NCBI GenBank assembly: GCA_016930875.1
Contig: JAFGFW010000026.1
Location: forward strand, 1,755 to 65,754
Length of the DNA: 64,000 nucleotides
Origin: Deltaproteobacteria bacterium
GTDB taxonomy: Bacteria > Desulfobacterota > Desulfobacteria > Desulfobacterales > C00003060
Direction: 5' to 3'
Position 1 is the first letter of the stretch. Each line of letters begins with the position of its first letter. The notes under the pieces are model-generated. The model saw only the letters and a list, made by a program, of their open reading frames with translations, did not search any database and had not been told where the DNA came from. The position numbers and the translations under genes were made by a program. Below are positions 34,437 to 43,984 of the stretch, piece by piece.

Positions 34437-35930
34437 CTAAGTTCTGCTCTTCAACTGGGGAAAAAGGATCACCTCGCGGATGGAGGGCACATCGGTCAGC
34501 AACATGACAAATCGATCAATGCCAATACCTTCACCAGCGGTGGGAGGCATGCCGTATTCGAGAGCTAGCACGTAATCTTCGTCCATGTGGTGAGCTTCTT
34601 CATCACCCTCGTCGCGATCTGCAACCTGATCCAGAAAGCGCTTTTTCTGGTCAACCGGATCATTGAGTTCTGAGAACCCGTTGGCAATCTCACTGCCTCC
34701 AATGAATAGCTCAAATCGCTCGGCCAACTCGGGGTCCGAGGCGCTCCTCCTGGCAAGCGGAGAGATCTCCACTGGATAGTCCACAATAAAAGTGGGCTCG
34801 ATCAGCTTGGGTTCGACCAGCACATCGAACAGCTTTGTAAGGATTTTTCCCAGCCGCCTCACTTTTGTGACCTGAATCCCTTTGGATTTGGCAAAATCGA
34901 GCAATCGCTCCCGATCATTGAACGCAGAGGGATCAACACCGCCCAGTTCACTCAGTGCATCCTTCAATGATAGTCGGCGCCACGGTCCTTCCATGTCTAT
35001 CTTCTTCCCCTGGTATGTAAAACCGGAGACGCCCAAAACACGCTGGGTTACGAACCTAAACATCTCCTCTGTCAGAGTCATAAGATCTTCGTAAGTGGCG
35101 TAAGCAACATAGAACTCCAGCATAGTGAATTCCGGATTGTGCTGCGTTGAAATACCTTCGTTCCTGAAATTCCTGTTTATCTCGAAAACCCTTTCAACTC
35201 CACCAATGACCAATCGCTTCAGGTAAAGCTCAGGTGCAATACGCAGGAAGAGTTCGACTCCCAAGGCATTGTGAAAGGTCTTAAAAGGCGTGGCCTCAGC
35301 TCCTCCGGGTAATGGCTGCATCATGGGAGTCTCGACCTCCAAGAAATCTCGCTCCAGTAGGAACTCCCTGAAGGTCTGAATGATCCGGGCCCTGTTGACA
35401 AAGATAGCCCGAACTTCAGGATTCATGACGAGGTCAAGATACCTCTGGCGGTAGCGTTTCTCTGTATCCTTTAGCCCGTGGAATTTTTCGGGCAATGGCC
35501 TAATCGCCTTTGACAGCAGACGAATCTCTTTGGCAAAAATAGTCCATTCCCCTGTTTTGGTAAGAAATACGGTACCCTTGATCGCTATGAAGTCGCCAAT
35601 ATCGAATTTCTTGAACAAGTCATAGGCTTTCTGCCCAATTTCGTCTTGCTTTACGTAGGCCTGAAGTTGACCGGTGGAGTCCCTGAAATGGAGGAAAGTG
35701 GCTCTTCCAAAGGACCTGCGCCCTATGATACGGCCAGCCATCGAAAAAACGGCCGTATCGTCCACGTCTTCTTTTTGTTTGCGAATGTACTCTCTTACGC
35801 TCTCGACCGTGTGGGAAAGCTTAAAATCATTGGGATAAAGCTCAACCCCTTCATCCACCAAGGCCTGTGCTTTTTCTCGTCGTTGGCGAACAACTTCACT
35901 CGTCTCGTCCACAGTACAGCCGCACCTCAC
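34437..35930 (-). CDS. lysS: lysine--tRNA ligase (class II)
   Basis: 497 aa; OB-fold N-domain, class II motifs incl. INRNFRNEGIS and GIGIDRFVMLL; GTG start, exact start uncertain. Confidence 0.9.
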   Translation of the reverse strand: MRCGCTVDETSEVVRQRREKAQALVDEGVELYPNDFKLSHTVESVREYIRKQKEDVDDTAVFSMAGRIIGRRSFGRATFLHFRDSTGQLQAYVKQDEIGQKAYDLFKKFDIGDFIAIKGTVFLTKTGEWTIFAKEIRLLSKAIRPLPEKFHGLKDTEKRYRQRYLDLVMNPEVRAIFVNRARIIQTFREFLLERDFLEVETPMMQPLPGGAEATPFKTFHNALGVELFLRIAPELYLKRLVIGGVERVFEINRNFRNEGISTQHNPEFTMLEFYVAYATYEDLMTLTEEMFRFVTQRVLGVSGFTYQGKKIDMEGPWRRLSLKDALSELGGVDPSAFNDRERLLDFAKSKGIQVTKVRRLGKILTKLFDVLVEPKLIEPTFIVDYPVEISPLARRSASDPELAERFELFIGGSEIANGFSELNDPVDQKKRFLDQVADRDEGDEEAHHMDEDYVLALEYGMPPTAGEGIGIDRFVMLLTDVPSIREVILFPQLKSRT

Positions 35931-35973
35931 CAGGATATTAAAGGATTTTTGCTAACCCATTTGTCTCTATGTG

Positions 35974-37632
35974 TCAAGGTAAAACGCCTGGAGATTCTAT
36001 TCTCTCCAGGCACAGGACAAATGTGGTTCCCAGGCTTTCTCGACTCTCGACGTTAATACGTCCGCCGTAGGATTCCAGAAGCCTGTGGACAATTGAAAGG
36101 CCTAAACCCGTGCCTTGTGCCCTGGTGGTAAAGAAGGGATCAAAGATGTTTTTTTGCGTCTCTTCCGACATGCCACAGCCATCGTCGTTAATTGAGATTT
36201 GTGCCATGTCTTCCACGACTTCAGATGCGACTTCAACAGAACCCGTTCCATCAACTGCCTCGGCAGCGTTTAAGAGCAGGTTCCACAGGATCTGACGTAT
36301 ATGCTTAGGATCCATTTTGGTCCATATGTTAGGGGCCAAGCGCCGCGCTACCTTTATTCTGTTCCGGCAAATAGCATCCTGCTCAAATAACTCCAGGGTC
36401 TCCTCGATAGCGGAACTAAGCTCCACGGGTTCGACTTTGCCTGAACTGGGACGTGCAAACAGGAGAAAATCATTTGCCAGGACATTGAGCCTATCGGCTT
36501 CTCTCAGGACAATCTGCATAAGCTTTTCTGTAACTGACGTCATGCCAACTTGACCCTTCAAAAGCTGGATCGAGCCAGTCATGGATGCAAGTGGGTTTTT
36601 TATTTCATGGGCTATGCCAGCCGCCATCTCTCCGACAGCGGCCAGCTTCTCCACCCTCTTGACATGGGACTCCATGATCTTCATGGCCGTTAGATCTTGA
36701 AAAATCAGCAATTTGCCGATGGCCCTCCCGCCACGTTCTCGCAATGAAGACACTGAAAAACCAAGGTAACCAACAGTCCCATCACTTTTTCTAAACGTCA
36801 CATCGTGACGATATGGCCCCTTTTGATGGGATTCTGCAGATGTGTCATATCGCTGAACTACCTCCGAAAAAATCGTTGCCAGTGGCTTTCCCAAAACTTC
36901 GGCCCGCGCAAAGCCTGTTATTCTCTCGGCCGCGGTGTTGAAGGAAGTAATCGCACCTGCCACGTCCAACGTTAGCAACCCACTGTCCATACTGTGCACA
37001 ATACTGGCGTTAAAGGCCTCTAACTGTCGAAAGTCCTTCTGTTTGGCCTCGAGTTCTCTCTCGCTCCTAACGGTCTGCTGAGCAAGATAGCTGCTCAAGA
37101 AAGCGACCAAGAAACAGGCCAGCACAGTCATAACGATCTTGTAGATGACGAACGACCCCTCATATGCCTGAACACTCAAACTTGCTTGGGTATAAAACGG
37201 CTCCAAAATGCCATAGTACTCCAAGTCTATCATGACCCCGTACTGAATGCTGCACAGGGTGGCCATGGTGAGGCTCCCTTTCTTGTAAAGAAGAATGCTT
37301 GCGTAAACAATGACGACTAGATAGAGAAAAGAAAAGACACTGGCAATGCCACCCGTTAGGTAGATGAGCAAGGTCACGAGCAAAGTATCAAGACCAATCT
37401 GCGCATATGTGAAGCTGACAGTTGGCCCCAGTCGTTTGAAGATCACAACATAGAGAAAAGTGAGAACATAGACAGTGCCAATGAGGCCATAGAGTACAAG
37501 AAGAGGGGGGGCAATAAGTGATTCACGATCCTTGAACTGGACGATGACAGTGGAGCCCAGCAGGAAAGTGGTAAATACGACTCGCAAAAACATCAACCAC
37601 TGGAGTCTCCTAGCCGTATATCCATGTGACAT
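35974..37632 (-). CDS. membrane sensor histidine kinase (PilS-like: multi-TM, PAS, HisKA, HATPase)
   Basis: start set at ATG 37632 (MSHGYTARRLQW); six predicted TM helices, H-box AHEIKNPL, G-boxes DDGCGM and GTGLGLSIV; directly downstream of pilC. Confidence 0.75.
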   Translation of the reverse strand: MSHGYTARRLQWLMFLRVVFTTFLLGSTVIVQFKDRESLIAPPLLVLYGLIGTVYVLTFLYVVIFKRLGPTVSFTYAQIGLDTLLVTLLIYLTGGIASVFSFLYLVVIVYASILLYKKGSLTMATLCSIQYGVMIDLEYYGILEPFYTQASLSVQAYEGSFVIYKIVMTVLACFLVAFLSSYLAQQTVRSERELEAKQKDFRQLEAFNASIVHSMDSGLLTLDVAGAITSFNTAAERITGFARAEVLGKPLATIFSEVVQRYDTSAESHQKGPYRHDVTFRKSDGTVGYLGFSVSSLRERGGRAIGKLLIFQDLTAMKIMESHVKRVEKLAAVGEMAAGIAHEIKNPLASMTGSIQLLKGQVGMTSVTEKLMQIVLREADRLNVLANDFLLFARPSSGKVEPVELSSAIEETLELFEQDAICRNRIKVARRLAPNIWTKMDPKHIRQILWNLLLNAAEAVDGTGSVEVASEVVEDMAQISINDDGCGMSEETQKNIFDPFFTTRAQGTGLGLSIVHRLLESYGGRINVESRESLGTTFVLCLERIESPGVLP

Positions 37633-37663
37633 CAGTGCGTTAGAAGTGACTCCAGCCACTGCC

Positions 37664-38875
37664 TTAGTCGCCAACCATACCGGCCATTTTGAAGATAGGT
37701 AGATACATGGAAACCACCAACCCGCCGATGGTAACACCCAAAAAGACCATCATAAAGGGCTCGATCATGGAAGTCAGGCTGTCAACTGCAGCATCAACCT
37801 CATCATCATAGTAGTCAGCTATCTTTGACAGCATGGCATCCAAGGCCCCTGTTGACTCTCCTACTGCCACCATCTGACAAACCATGGACGGGAACACACC
37901 GCTTTCTGCCAGAGGACCAGCCATTGTTTGTCCCTCGCTAATAGCCCATCGGACCTTGAAGATAGCCGACTCAACGGTCTTGTTGCCTGAAGTCCTTGCC
38001 ACGATATCAAGGGCGTCCAAGATCGGCACCCCGCTGCTAACCATGGTGCCGAGCGTGCGAGTGAATTTGGCTACGGCCACCTTACGCAGAAGCATGCCAA
38101 AGACGGGTAACTTAAGCATATAGTCATCGACCAGAACTCGGCCTTTTTCAGTCTTATAGAATCGCCTGAAGGCAAAGACAAAAGCTACTAGAACGCCAAT
38201 CATGTAAAGGATATTGCCCTTGACAAACCTGCTTAAGCTCACGACAATCTGTGTCGGTGCGGGAAGGGCCCCGCCAAAATCAGCAAACATCTTTTCAAAA
38301 ACCGGGATCACGAAGACCAAGATCACGCCAATTACCAAAACGGCAATAATAAGGACGATAATAGGATAAGTCATGGCCGACTTCACCTGTTTTTTGAGTT
38401 TCATAGCCTTTTCCATGTATGCGGAAAGTCGATCCAGAATCGTATCAAGAATGCCACCCGTCTCGCCTGCCGCAACCATGTTAACAAAAAGATCATCAAA
38501 CGTCTGAGGGTACTTCCCCAACGCCTCTGCGAGTGTAGAGCCAGACTCCACATTCTCCTTGATCTCCTTCAGTATTTTCTTAAACATCTTATTTTCTTGC
38601 TGGGACTGCAGGATGTCAAGACATTGAATGAGCGGAAGGCCGGCGCTAATCATAGTTGCAAATTGCCTTGAAAATACCACCACATCGGCAGATTGCACTT
38701 TGGGTTGCAGGAAGGAAACGTTTTCAAACAAGTCTTTGGGCTTTTTCTTGATCTTCGTAGACTTGATATGCATACGGCGCAACTGGGCCCGCACCGCAGC
38801 CTCGTCAGGGGCCTCTGTTTCGCCCTTCTGGATTGCGCCCTTTCTGTCTTGTCCTTGCCACACATAAATTGGCAT
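37664..38875 (-). CDS. pilC: type IV pilus assembly platform protein (GspF/PilC family)
   Basis: 403 aa; duplicated T2SS-F domains with three TM segments; AAGGAG SD upstream of ATG. Confidence 0.85.
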   Translation of the reverse strand: MPIYVWQGQDRKGAIQKGETEAPDEAAVRAQLRRMHIKSTKIKKKPKDLFENVSFLQPKVQSADVVVFSRQFATMISAGLPLIQCLDILQSQQENKMFKKILKEIKENVESGSTLAEALGKYPQTFDDLFVNMVAAGETGGILDTILDRLSAYMEKAMKLKKQVKSAMTYPIIVLIIAVLVIGVILVFVIPVFEKMFADFGGALPAPTQIVVSLSRFVKGNILYMIGVLVAFVFAFRRFYKTEKGRVLVDDYMLKLPVFGMLLRKVAVAKFTRTLGTMVSSGVPILDALDIVARTSGNKTVESAIFKVRWAISEGQTMAGPLAESGVFPSMVCQMVAVGESTGALDAMLSKIADYYDDEVDAAVDSLTSMIEPFMMVFLGVTIGGLVVSMYLPIFKMAGMVGD

Positions 38876-39080
38876 AAGTATCTCTCCTTACTATTGGATG
38901 TTTCCAAAACAGGGTAGTCCAAGATCTCTATTTTGGTATCATGAACACTTAGCATATGCAAGAGACGTTCCAATGTGAATCCCAGTGCGACGTCTCAAAA
39001 GCTCTATTTCGGTCATTCGAATTTGTTTGAAATTTGCATATTTGAATTTGGGATTTCCCCAAACGAAGGTTAGAAAATTG

Positions 39081-39109
39081 TTGACAGATTAGAATGAATT
39101 TGATATATA
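39081..39109 (+). promoter_or_regulatory. sigma70-like promoter for the PxxKW gene
   Basis: TTGACA (39081-39086), 17-nt spacer, TATATA (39104-39109), about 57 nt upstream of the ATG. Confidence 0.55.
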
Positions 39110-39166
39110 AATAAAGTTTGCATTCAAAGCGCTCAAAACTCAACAAGAAGTAAGGAGGTGATTCCG

Positions 39167-39445
39167 ATGGACTGTACAACTGTAAAGCCGGGGGTGGAAT
39201 GCGTATTTATGACGAAGAATGGTTGTTCCTTTAACGGCGGCAACTGTCATAAGACCGTAGAAGAATGTCATGGATGTGGCCGCACTATCGAATTCCCTTC
39301 CGGATGGTACTGCACTGCCTGCCCTGATCCTTCCCTCAAATGGAAAAACGGCAAATGCAACCTCGCTACACATGTGAAAAGCACAGCCAAAACCGAAACT
39401 GGCAAAATCAACCCGCTCAAGGCATCCAAGCGCAATGCCCGCTAG
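39167..39445 (+). CDS. PxxKW family cysteine-rich small protein
   Basis: 92 aa from ATG 39167 (AAGGAGG 8 nt upstream); nine Cys incl. CHGC and CTAC pairs and the PSLKW motif; basic C-terminal tail. Confidence 0.7.
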   Translation: MDCTTVKPGVECVFMTKNGCSFNGGNCHKTVEECHGCGRTIEFPSGWYCTACPDPSLKWKNGKCNLATHVKSTAKTETGKINPLKASKRNAR

Positions 39446-39460
39446 AGGCTCTCATCAGTC

Positions 39461-39510
39461 ATTGGTCAACGGTCAGTGGTTCAGATCAATTCTGCTGACT
39501 GTTGACCAAT
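39461..39510. terminator. bidirectional terminator-like hairpin between convergent genes
   Basis: ATTGGTCAACGGTCAG (39461-39476) pairs with CTGACTGTTGACCAAT (39495-39510), 15/16 bp; no clear U-tract; arms belong to a heptad-periodic tract (39456-39483). Confidence 0.45.
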
Positions 39511-39512
39511 AA

Positions 39513-40706
39513 CTACGTCAGCTTCCGAAGGGCCTCCCCTATCCTGTCAAGCCCCTCTTTGATGACCTCAAGACTTGTTGCATAGGAAACCCTCACAAAA
39601 TCGTCAGCGCCAAAAGCAGCCCCTGGCACAAGGGCAACCCGGGCCTCTGTCAAGAGGTATTCACATAGATCGCTGGAGCCCTCGACGTTCTTCCCATCCA
39701 GGTTCGCTTTGAAATAATGGCTAACATAAGGAAAGGCATAAAAGGCTCCGCTGGGCATATTGCAATGGATGCCGGGCATAGCATTCAATCGTTCAACGAG
39801 GTACCTGCGCCTCTCGTCAAAGACCTGAAGCATGTCCTGCACCAAGTCCTGCGGGCCATTTAGCGCAACTATGGCAGCCCTCTGAGCTATGGAATTGGGG
39901 TTTGAGGTGCTCTGGCTCTGGATTTTTGTCATCCCTGCAATAACCTGTCTGTCTCCGGCCACGTATCCGATACGCCAGCCTGTCATGGCATAGGTTTTGG
40001 ATAATCCGTTTACGACAAAAGTCCTTGCTTTGAGTTCATCGCTAACTTGCGCGATGCCGCAGAAGGGCTTTTCGTCGAAAATCAGTTTTTCGTAGATTTC
40101 ATCTGAAACAACCGAGATGTCATGTCTCAGGACGACCTCTCCCAGTGCTTCCAGTTCCGATTTGGTGTAAACCGACCCGGTCGGATTGGAGGGGCTGTTA
40201 AGAATCAGAAGCTTCGTTCGGGCAGTGATGGCCTCCTCAAGGGCTTCAGGGGACACCTTAAAATCATTGGCCTCTGCTGTTTCCACAATCACAGGTTCTG
40301 CACCGGCAAGGACCACTATAGGGGGATAAGAGACCCAGTATGGGGCAGGGATGACCACCTCGTCGCCCGGGTCTAAGATAGCCTGGGCCAGGTTATAGAG
40401 CACGTGTTTGCCTCCGCACGAAACCATGACCGCATCACGCTCATAGGTCAAATTGTTGTCCTCCCTGAATTTCTCTATGATCGCATCTTTGAGCTCAGGC
40501 ATGCCCCCTGCCGCAGTGTACCGTGTGAAGCCCTCCTCCATTGCACGCACGGCCGCCTGCCTAATGTGCTTGGGGGTATCGAAATCCGGCTCTCCAACAC
40601 CAAAGCTGATCACATCCACGCCTTGCTGTCGCATGGACACTGCCTTGGCATTTATGGCCAGGGTCGGAGATGGCTTGATTACGCTGATTCGCTGGGACAG
40701 GAGCAT
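39513..40706 (-). CDS. pyridoxal-phosphate-dependent aminotransferase (aspartate aminotransferase-like, class I)
   Basis: 397 aa from ATG 40706 (GGGAGG SD); SPSNPTG and SKTYAMTGWRIGY (PLP-Lys) motifs. Confidence 0.85.
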   Translation of the reverse strand: MLLSQRISVIKPSPTLAINAKAVSMRQQGVDVISFGVGEPDFDTPKHIRQAAVRAMEEGFTRYTAAGGMPELKDAIIEKFREDNNLTYERDAVMVSCGGKHVLYNLAQAILDPGDEVVIPAPYWVSYPPIVVLAGAEPVIVETAEANDFKVSPEALEEAITARTKLLILNSPSNPTGSVYTKSELEALGEVVLRHDISVVSDEIYEKLIFDEKPFCGIAQVSDELKARTFVVNGLSKTYAMTGWRIGYVAGDRQVIAGMTKIQSQSTSNPNSIAQRAAIVALNGPQDLVQDMLQVFDERRRYLVERLNAMPGIHCNMPSGAFYAFPYVSHYFKANLDGKNVEGSSDLCEYLLTEARVALVPGAAFGADDFVRVSYATSLEVIKEGLDRIGEALRKLT

Positions 40707-40907
40707 AATGACCTCCCTAGTGCGGTGTCTTAAAAGTTCAGTGCACGATTTTGGCAATCTAGTACTTGAAGGAACTAGTGTTGCACTATTTGGCTTTTCG
40801 CTTGACCGAAGGTACAAGCGTCATTATAAATTAAATTCATAATCGGTTTTCGAATAGCGAACAGCTATAGGGTATCTACCAAACCTTGAACCAAATGGCA
40901 ATTCTCT

Positions 40908-43169
40908 TTGAAAAAGAAAATACGGTCAACATATTTCAATCTTAAGTCAAGAACCGCCCGCATCAACACCGCAGGGAAATGGATATTCTATTACGTCCTG
41001 ATAGGACTTATCGCCGGTCTGGGCTCCATTGCCTTTCATTATCTTTGCCAGTTGGGTTCACACGTCTTCATGGATCAGATGGCCGGTTACCGGCCTCCCA
41101 TTCCCGCCGGAGAGGGACACCTCTTTGCGCCGTCACAAACCCCCTTTAATCGCTGGATGCTTTTTTTCCTCCCTGCCTTAGGAGGGATCATAAGCGGATG
41201 GCTTGTCTACACCTTTGCGCCTGAGGCAGAGGGCCACGGGACAGATGCGGCCATTGATTCCTATCACAATAAGGGAGGGTTTGTCCGCGGAAGGATACCA
41301 TTTATCAAGACTATCGCCTCTGCGGTCACCATAACCTCCGGGGGTTCCGGAGGTCGGGAGGGGCCGATCGCCCAAATCGGGGCTGGTTTTGGCTCATATC
41401 TTGCCACAAGGCTGAAGCTCTCTGACCGAGATCGTCGCATCATGCTGGCTGCAGGCATTGGAGCCGGCGTGGGAAGCATCTTTCGTGCCCCCCTGGCAGG
41501 GGCGCTTTTTGCTGCCGAGGTTCTGTACCGGAACCCTGAATTTGAAGCCGAGGTGATCATCCCTGCAGGCATTGCTTCAGTCGTTGCTTACTGTGTCTTC
41601 TGTCTCGTGTGTGGATGGGGCTCTCTGTTTGAGTCTCAAGATTTTGCCTTTCAAAATCCTTTGGAACTGGGCCCGTACATTGTGCTTGCATTCATCCTGG
41701 TGGGAGGTGCAATCCTATACATTAAATCGTTTTACGGCGTGCATCGCATCGCCAAGGCGCTGAAAATTCCAAATCACATTAAACCTGCTATCGGCGGGCT
41801 TTGCACCGGTGCCATCGGGTTTTTTCTCCCTCAGGCCTTGTCCTTTGGCTACGGCTTTGCCCAAATGGCGCTAAATAACGAGATCCCCACGCTCCTCCTT
41901 CTTGGCCTGGCCTTCGGAAAGATAATGACAACTTCTTTTTCCATCGGCTCAGGGGGCAGCGGCGGCGTATTCGGCCCTTCTATCGTCATTGGCGGCGCCT
42001 TTGGAGGGGCTGTTGGCAGGATCTTTCATGCCATCATTCCGGGCATTGTGACGGAGCCTGGCGCCTTTGTGGTAGTCGGCATGGCAGGATTTTTTGCAGC
42101 TGTATCCAATACACCAATTTCGACCATTATCTTTGTCAGCGAGGTGACCAATTCATATCACCTGCTCCTACCTAGCCTGCTGGTTTGCTCGCTCGTCTAC
42201 TTGCTTTCGCGAAAATGGACGATCTATGTACAACAGGTGCCAAGCAGGTTGGACTCCAATGCGCACCGCGGCGACTTCTTCGTGGACGTGCTTGGCACAA
42301 TTAGGGTCAAAGAGCTTCTCCACCAAGTGAGAAAAGTGAAGCTGGTCCCTGAAGACATGCCGCTGGTCGCCTTCAGAAAGATGTTCTCTTCAACAGATCA
42401 GCACTATTTCCCAGTCGTAAACAAGGAAAATATGCTGACCGGCATATTTTCCATTAACGACATTCGAGAAATCATATTTGATCAGGAAATTGGAGATCTT
42501 GTGGTCATGAAGGATATCGCCAACCCGGATATCATCGTGACAACACCCTCTGAAGACCTCAATGAGGTGCTCAAGAAATTCACGATTCGCAATCTTCACA
42601 GGCTCCCTGTTGTCAAGGATGAAGACCACAGGATTCTGCTGGGCATGTTGGATCGTATGGAGGTAATTCAACACTATAATATGAAGGTCGAGGAAATCAA
42701 ATCGAGCCACCAAAAAATAGACATTGAATCAGATCGTGAGATCAGCCTGCTGAAGAACATACCTGTGCGGGAGGCGATGAAGCGAGACATCGAGACTATC
42801 AGGGCAGAGATGCCACTGAAAGACCTGAGGGAACTCATTTATCATAGCAAGCACAACAGCTTTGCTGTGCTAGACGCACTTGGCCGGTTGATCGGTATCC
42901 TTTCTTTGTCGGACTGCCAGAAGGCCTTTAATGCAGATGAGGAAAAAACATTGACGGCGCAAGACATTGCAACCTGCGACCTGGTCACCGTAACCGAAGA
43001 TGATAGCCTGTTTCTGGCCCTTACCAGAATCGTCCAGGGGGATTTTTCCGTGCTCCCTGTGGTGGGCAGACGCAACCCCAAAAGCCTTCTTGGCGTAATC
43101 AGGCGAAGGGATATCATGTCTGCCTATGATGATATCTTCATAAAAAAAATCGTCAGGGAAAAGGGATAA
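40908..43169 (+). CDS. ClC family voltage-gated chloride channel/antiporter with C-terminal CBS domains
   Basis: 753 aa; selectivity motifs GSGGREGP and GGVFGPS; ~300-aa C-terminal region with repeated CBS-like segments; TTG start. Confidence 0.85.
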   Translation: MKKKIRSTYFNLKSRTARINTAGKWIFYYVLIGLIAGLGSIAFHYLCQLGSHVFMDQMAGYRPPIPAGEGHLFAPSQTPFNRWMLFFLPALGGIISGWLVYTFAPEAEGHGTDAAIDSYHNKGGFVRGRIPFIKTIASAVTITSGGSGGREGPIAQIGAGFGSYLATRLKLSDRDRRIMLAAGIGAGVGSIFRAPLAGALFAAEVLYRNPEFEAEVIIPAGIASVVAYCVFCLVCGWGSLFESQDFAFQNPLELGPYIVLAFILVGGAILYIKSFYGVHRIAKALKIPNHIKPAIGGLCTGAIGFFLPQALSFGYGFAQMALNNEIPTLLLLGLAFGKIMTTSFSIGSGGSGGVFGPSIVIGGAFGGAVGRIFHAIIPGIVTEPGAFVVVGMAGFFAAVSNTPISTIIFVSEVTNSYHLLLPSLLVCSLVYLLSRKWTIYVQQVPSRLDSNAHRGDFFVDVLGTIRVKELLHQVRKVKLVPEDMPLVAFRKMFSSTDQHYFPVVNKENMLTGIFSINDIREIIFDQEIGDLVVMKDIANPDIIVTTPSEDLNEVLKKFTIRNLHRLPVVKDEDHRILLGMLDRMEVIQHYNMKVEEIKSSHQKIDIESDREISLLKNIPVREAMKRDIETIRAEMPLKDLRELIYHSKHNSFAVLDALGRLIGILSLSDCQKAFNADEEKTLTAQDIATCDLVTVTEDDSLFLALTRIVQGDFSVLPVVGRRNPKSLLGVIRRRDIMSAYDDIFIKKIVREKG

Positions 43170-43186
43170 GATCGCTGCGCGATCTT
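43168..43186. terminator. short hairpin between convergent ClC and truA genes
   Basis: AAGATCGC-tgc-GCGATCTT, overlapping the ClC stop codon; no U-tract. Confidence 0.3.
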
Positions 43187-43197
43187 ATGCAACGCAG

Positions 43198-43962
43198 CTA
43201 TGCTGCTTCAGAAAGGGATGGTCCGTATTTAACTTCCCTCAGGAACAAACCATGAGGAGGCGCCGTCATCCCAGCCTGTTTGCGGTCTTTTGACATTAAG
43301 ATATTCTCAAACTCCTCTGGCGAGACCCTCCCCGTCCCCACGTCCACTATGGTACCCACGATGTTGCGCACCATGCAGCGCAAGAATCCGTCAGCCTCAA
43401 TGCTGAAAACCAGGTGACCATCAGCTTCGTTTGCCGTCAAGCTCACATTCATAACAGTGCGAACCGCATGGAACCTGGGGCTACCAGTCGCTTGAAAGGC
43501 TGAGAAGTCGTGCTTGCCCTTCAGGCAAGACATGGCTTTTCTCATAGTATTGAGGTTTAGACTTTTTTTGACATGCCAGGCATACTGCCGAAAAAGGGCG
43601 GCAGGGATAGGTCTATTCCAGATGTAATAGTCGTAGGCCTTGCTCCAGGCATCGTATCGAGCATGGAACGAACGAGCAACTACTTGGCAGTCTTTGATCA
43701 CGATATCTCCGGGCAGAAGGCCATTCAGGCCTCTGATGAAGATCTCAGGGGTCAGTCTTGTGTCGACGAAGAAGTGGGCGACCTGGTTCAGTGCATGCAC
43801 TCCGGCATCTGTGCGCCCGGATCCGATGACTGTCACCAAACGGCCGGTCATTGTTTCCAGGGCAGCCTCAATGGTTCCCTGAACCGTGGGGACATCCTTC
43901 TGGCGCTGCCAGCCATGATAGGTCGTGCCGTCGTATTCGATAATGAGCTTGAAGTTCTGCAT
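43198..43962 (-). CDS. truA: tRNA pseudouridine(38-40) synthase
   Basis: 254 aa; IEYDGTTYHGWQRQ and catalytic GSGRTDAGVHA motifs. Confidence 0.9.
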   Translation of the reverse strand: MQNFKLIIEYDGTTYHGWQRQKDVPTVQGTIEAALETMTGRLVTVIGSGRTDAGVHALNQVAHFFVDTRLTPEIFIRGLNGLLPGDIVIKDCQVVARSFHARYDAWSKAYDYYIWNRPIPAALFRQYAWHVKKSLNLNTMRKAMSCLKGKHDFSAFQATGSPRFHAVRTVMNVSLTANEADGHLVFSIEADGFLRCMVRNIVGTIVDVGTGRVSPEEFENILMSKDRKQAGMTAPPHGLFLREVKYGPSLSEAA

Positions 43963-43984
43963 GCAGCGACTTTAGCTCACTGCT

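Noticed and set aside
39019-39050. Three GAATTTG-type repeats upstream of pilC, considered as a regulator binding array.
   Set aside because: The repeats are short and AT-rich with irregular spacing (10 and 15 nt), so they could easily arise by chance. I mention them only under the pilC finding.
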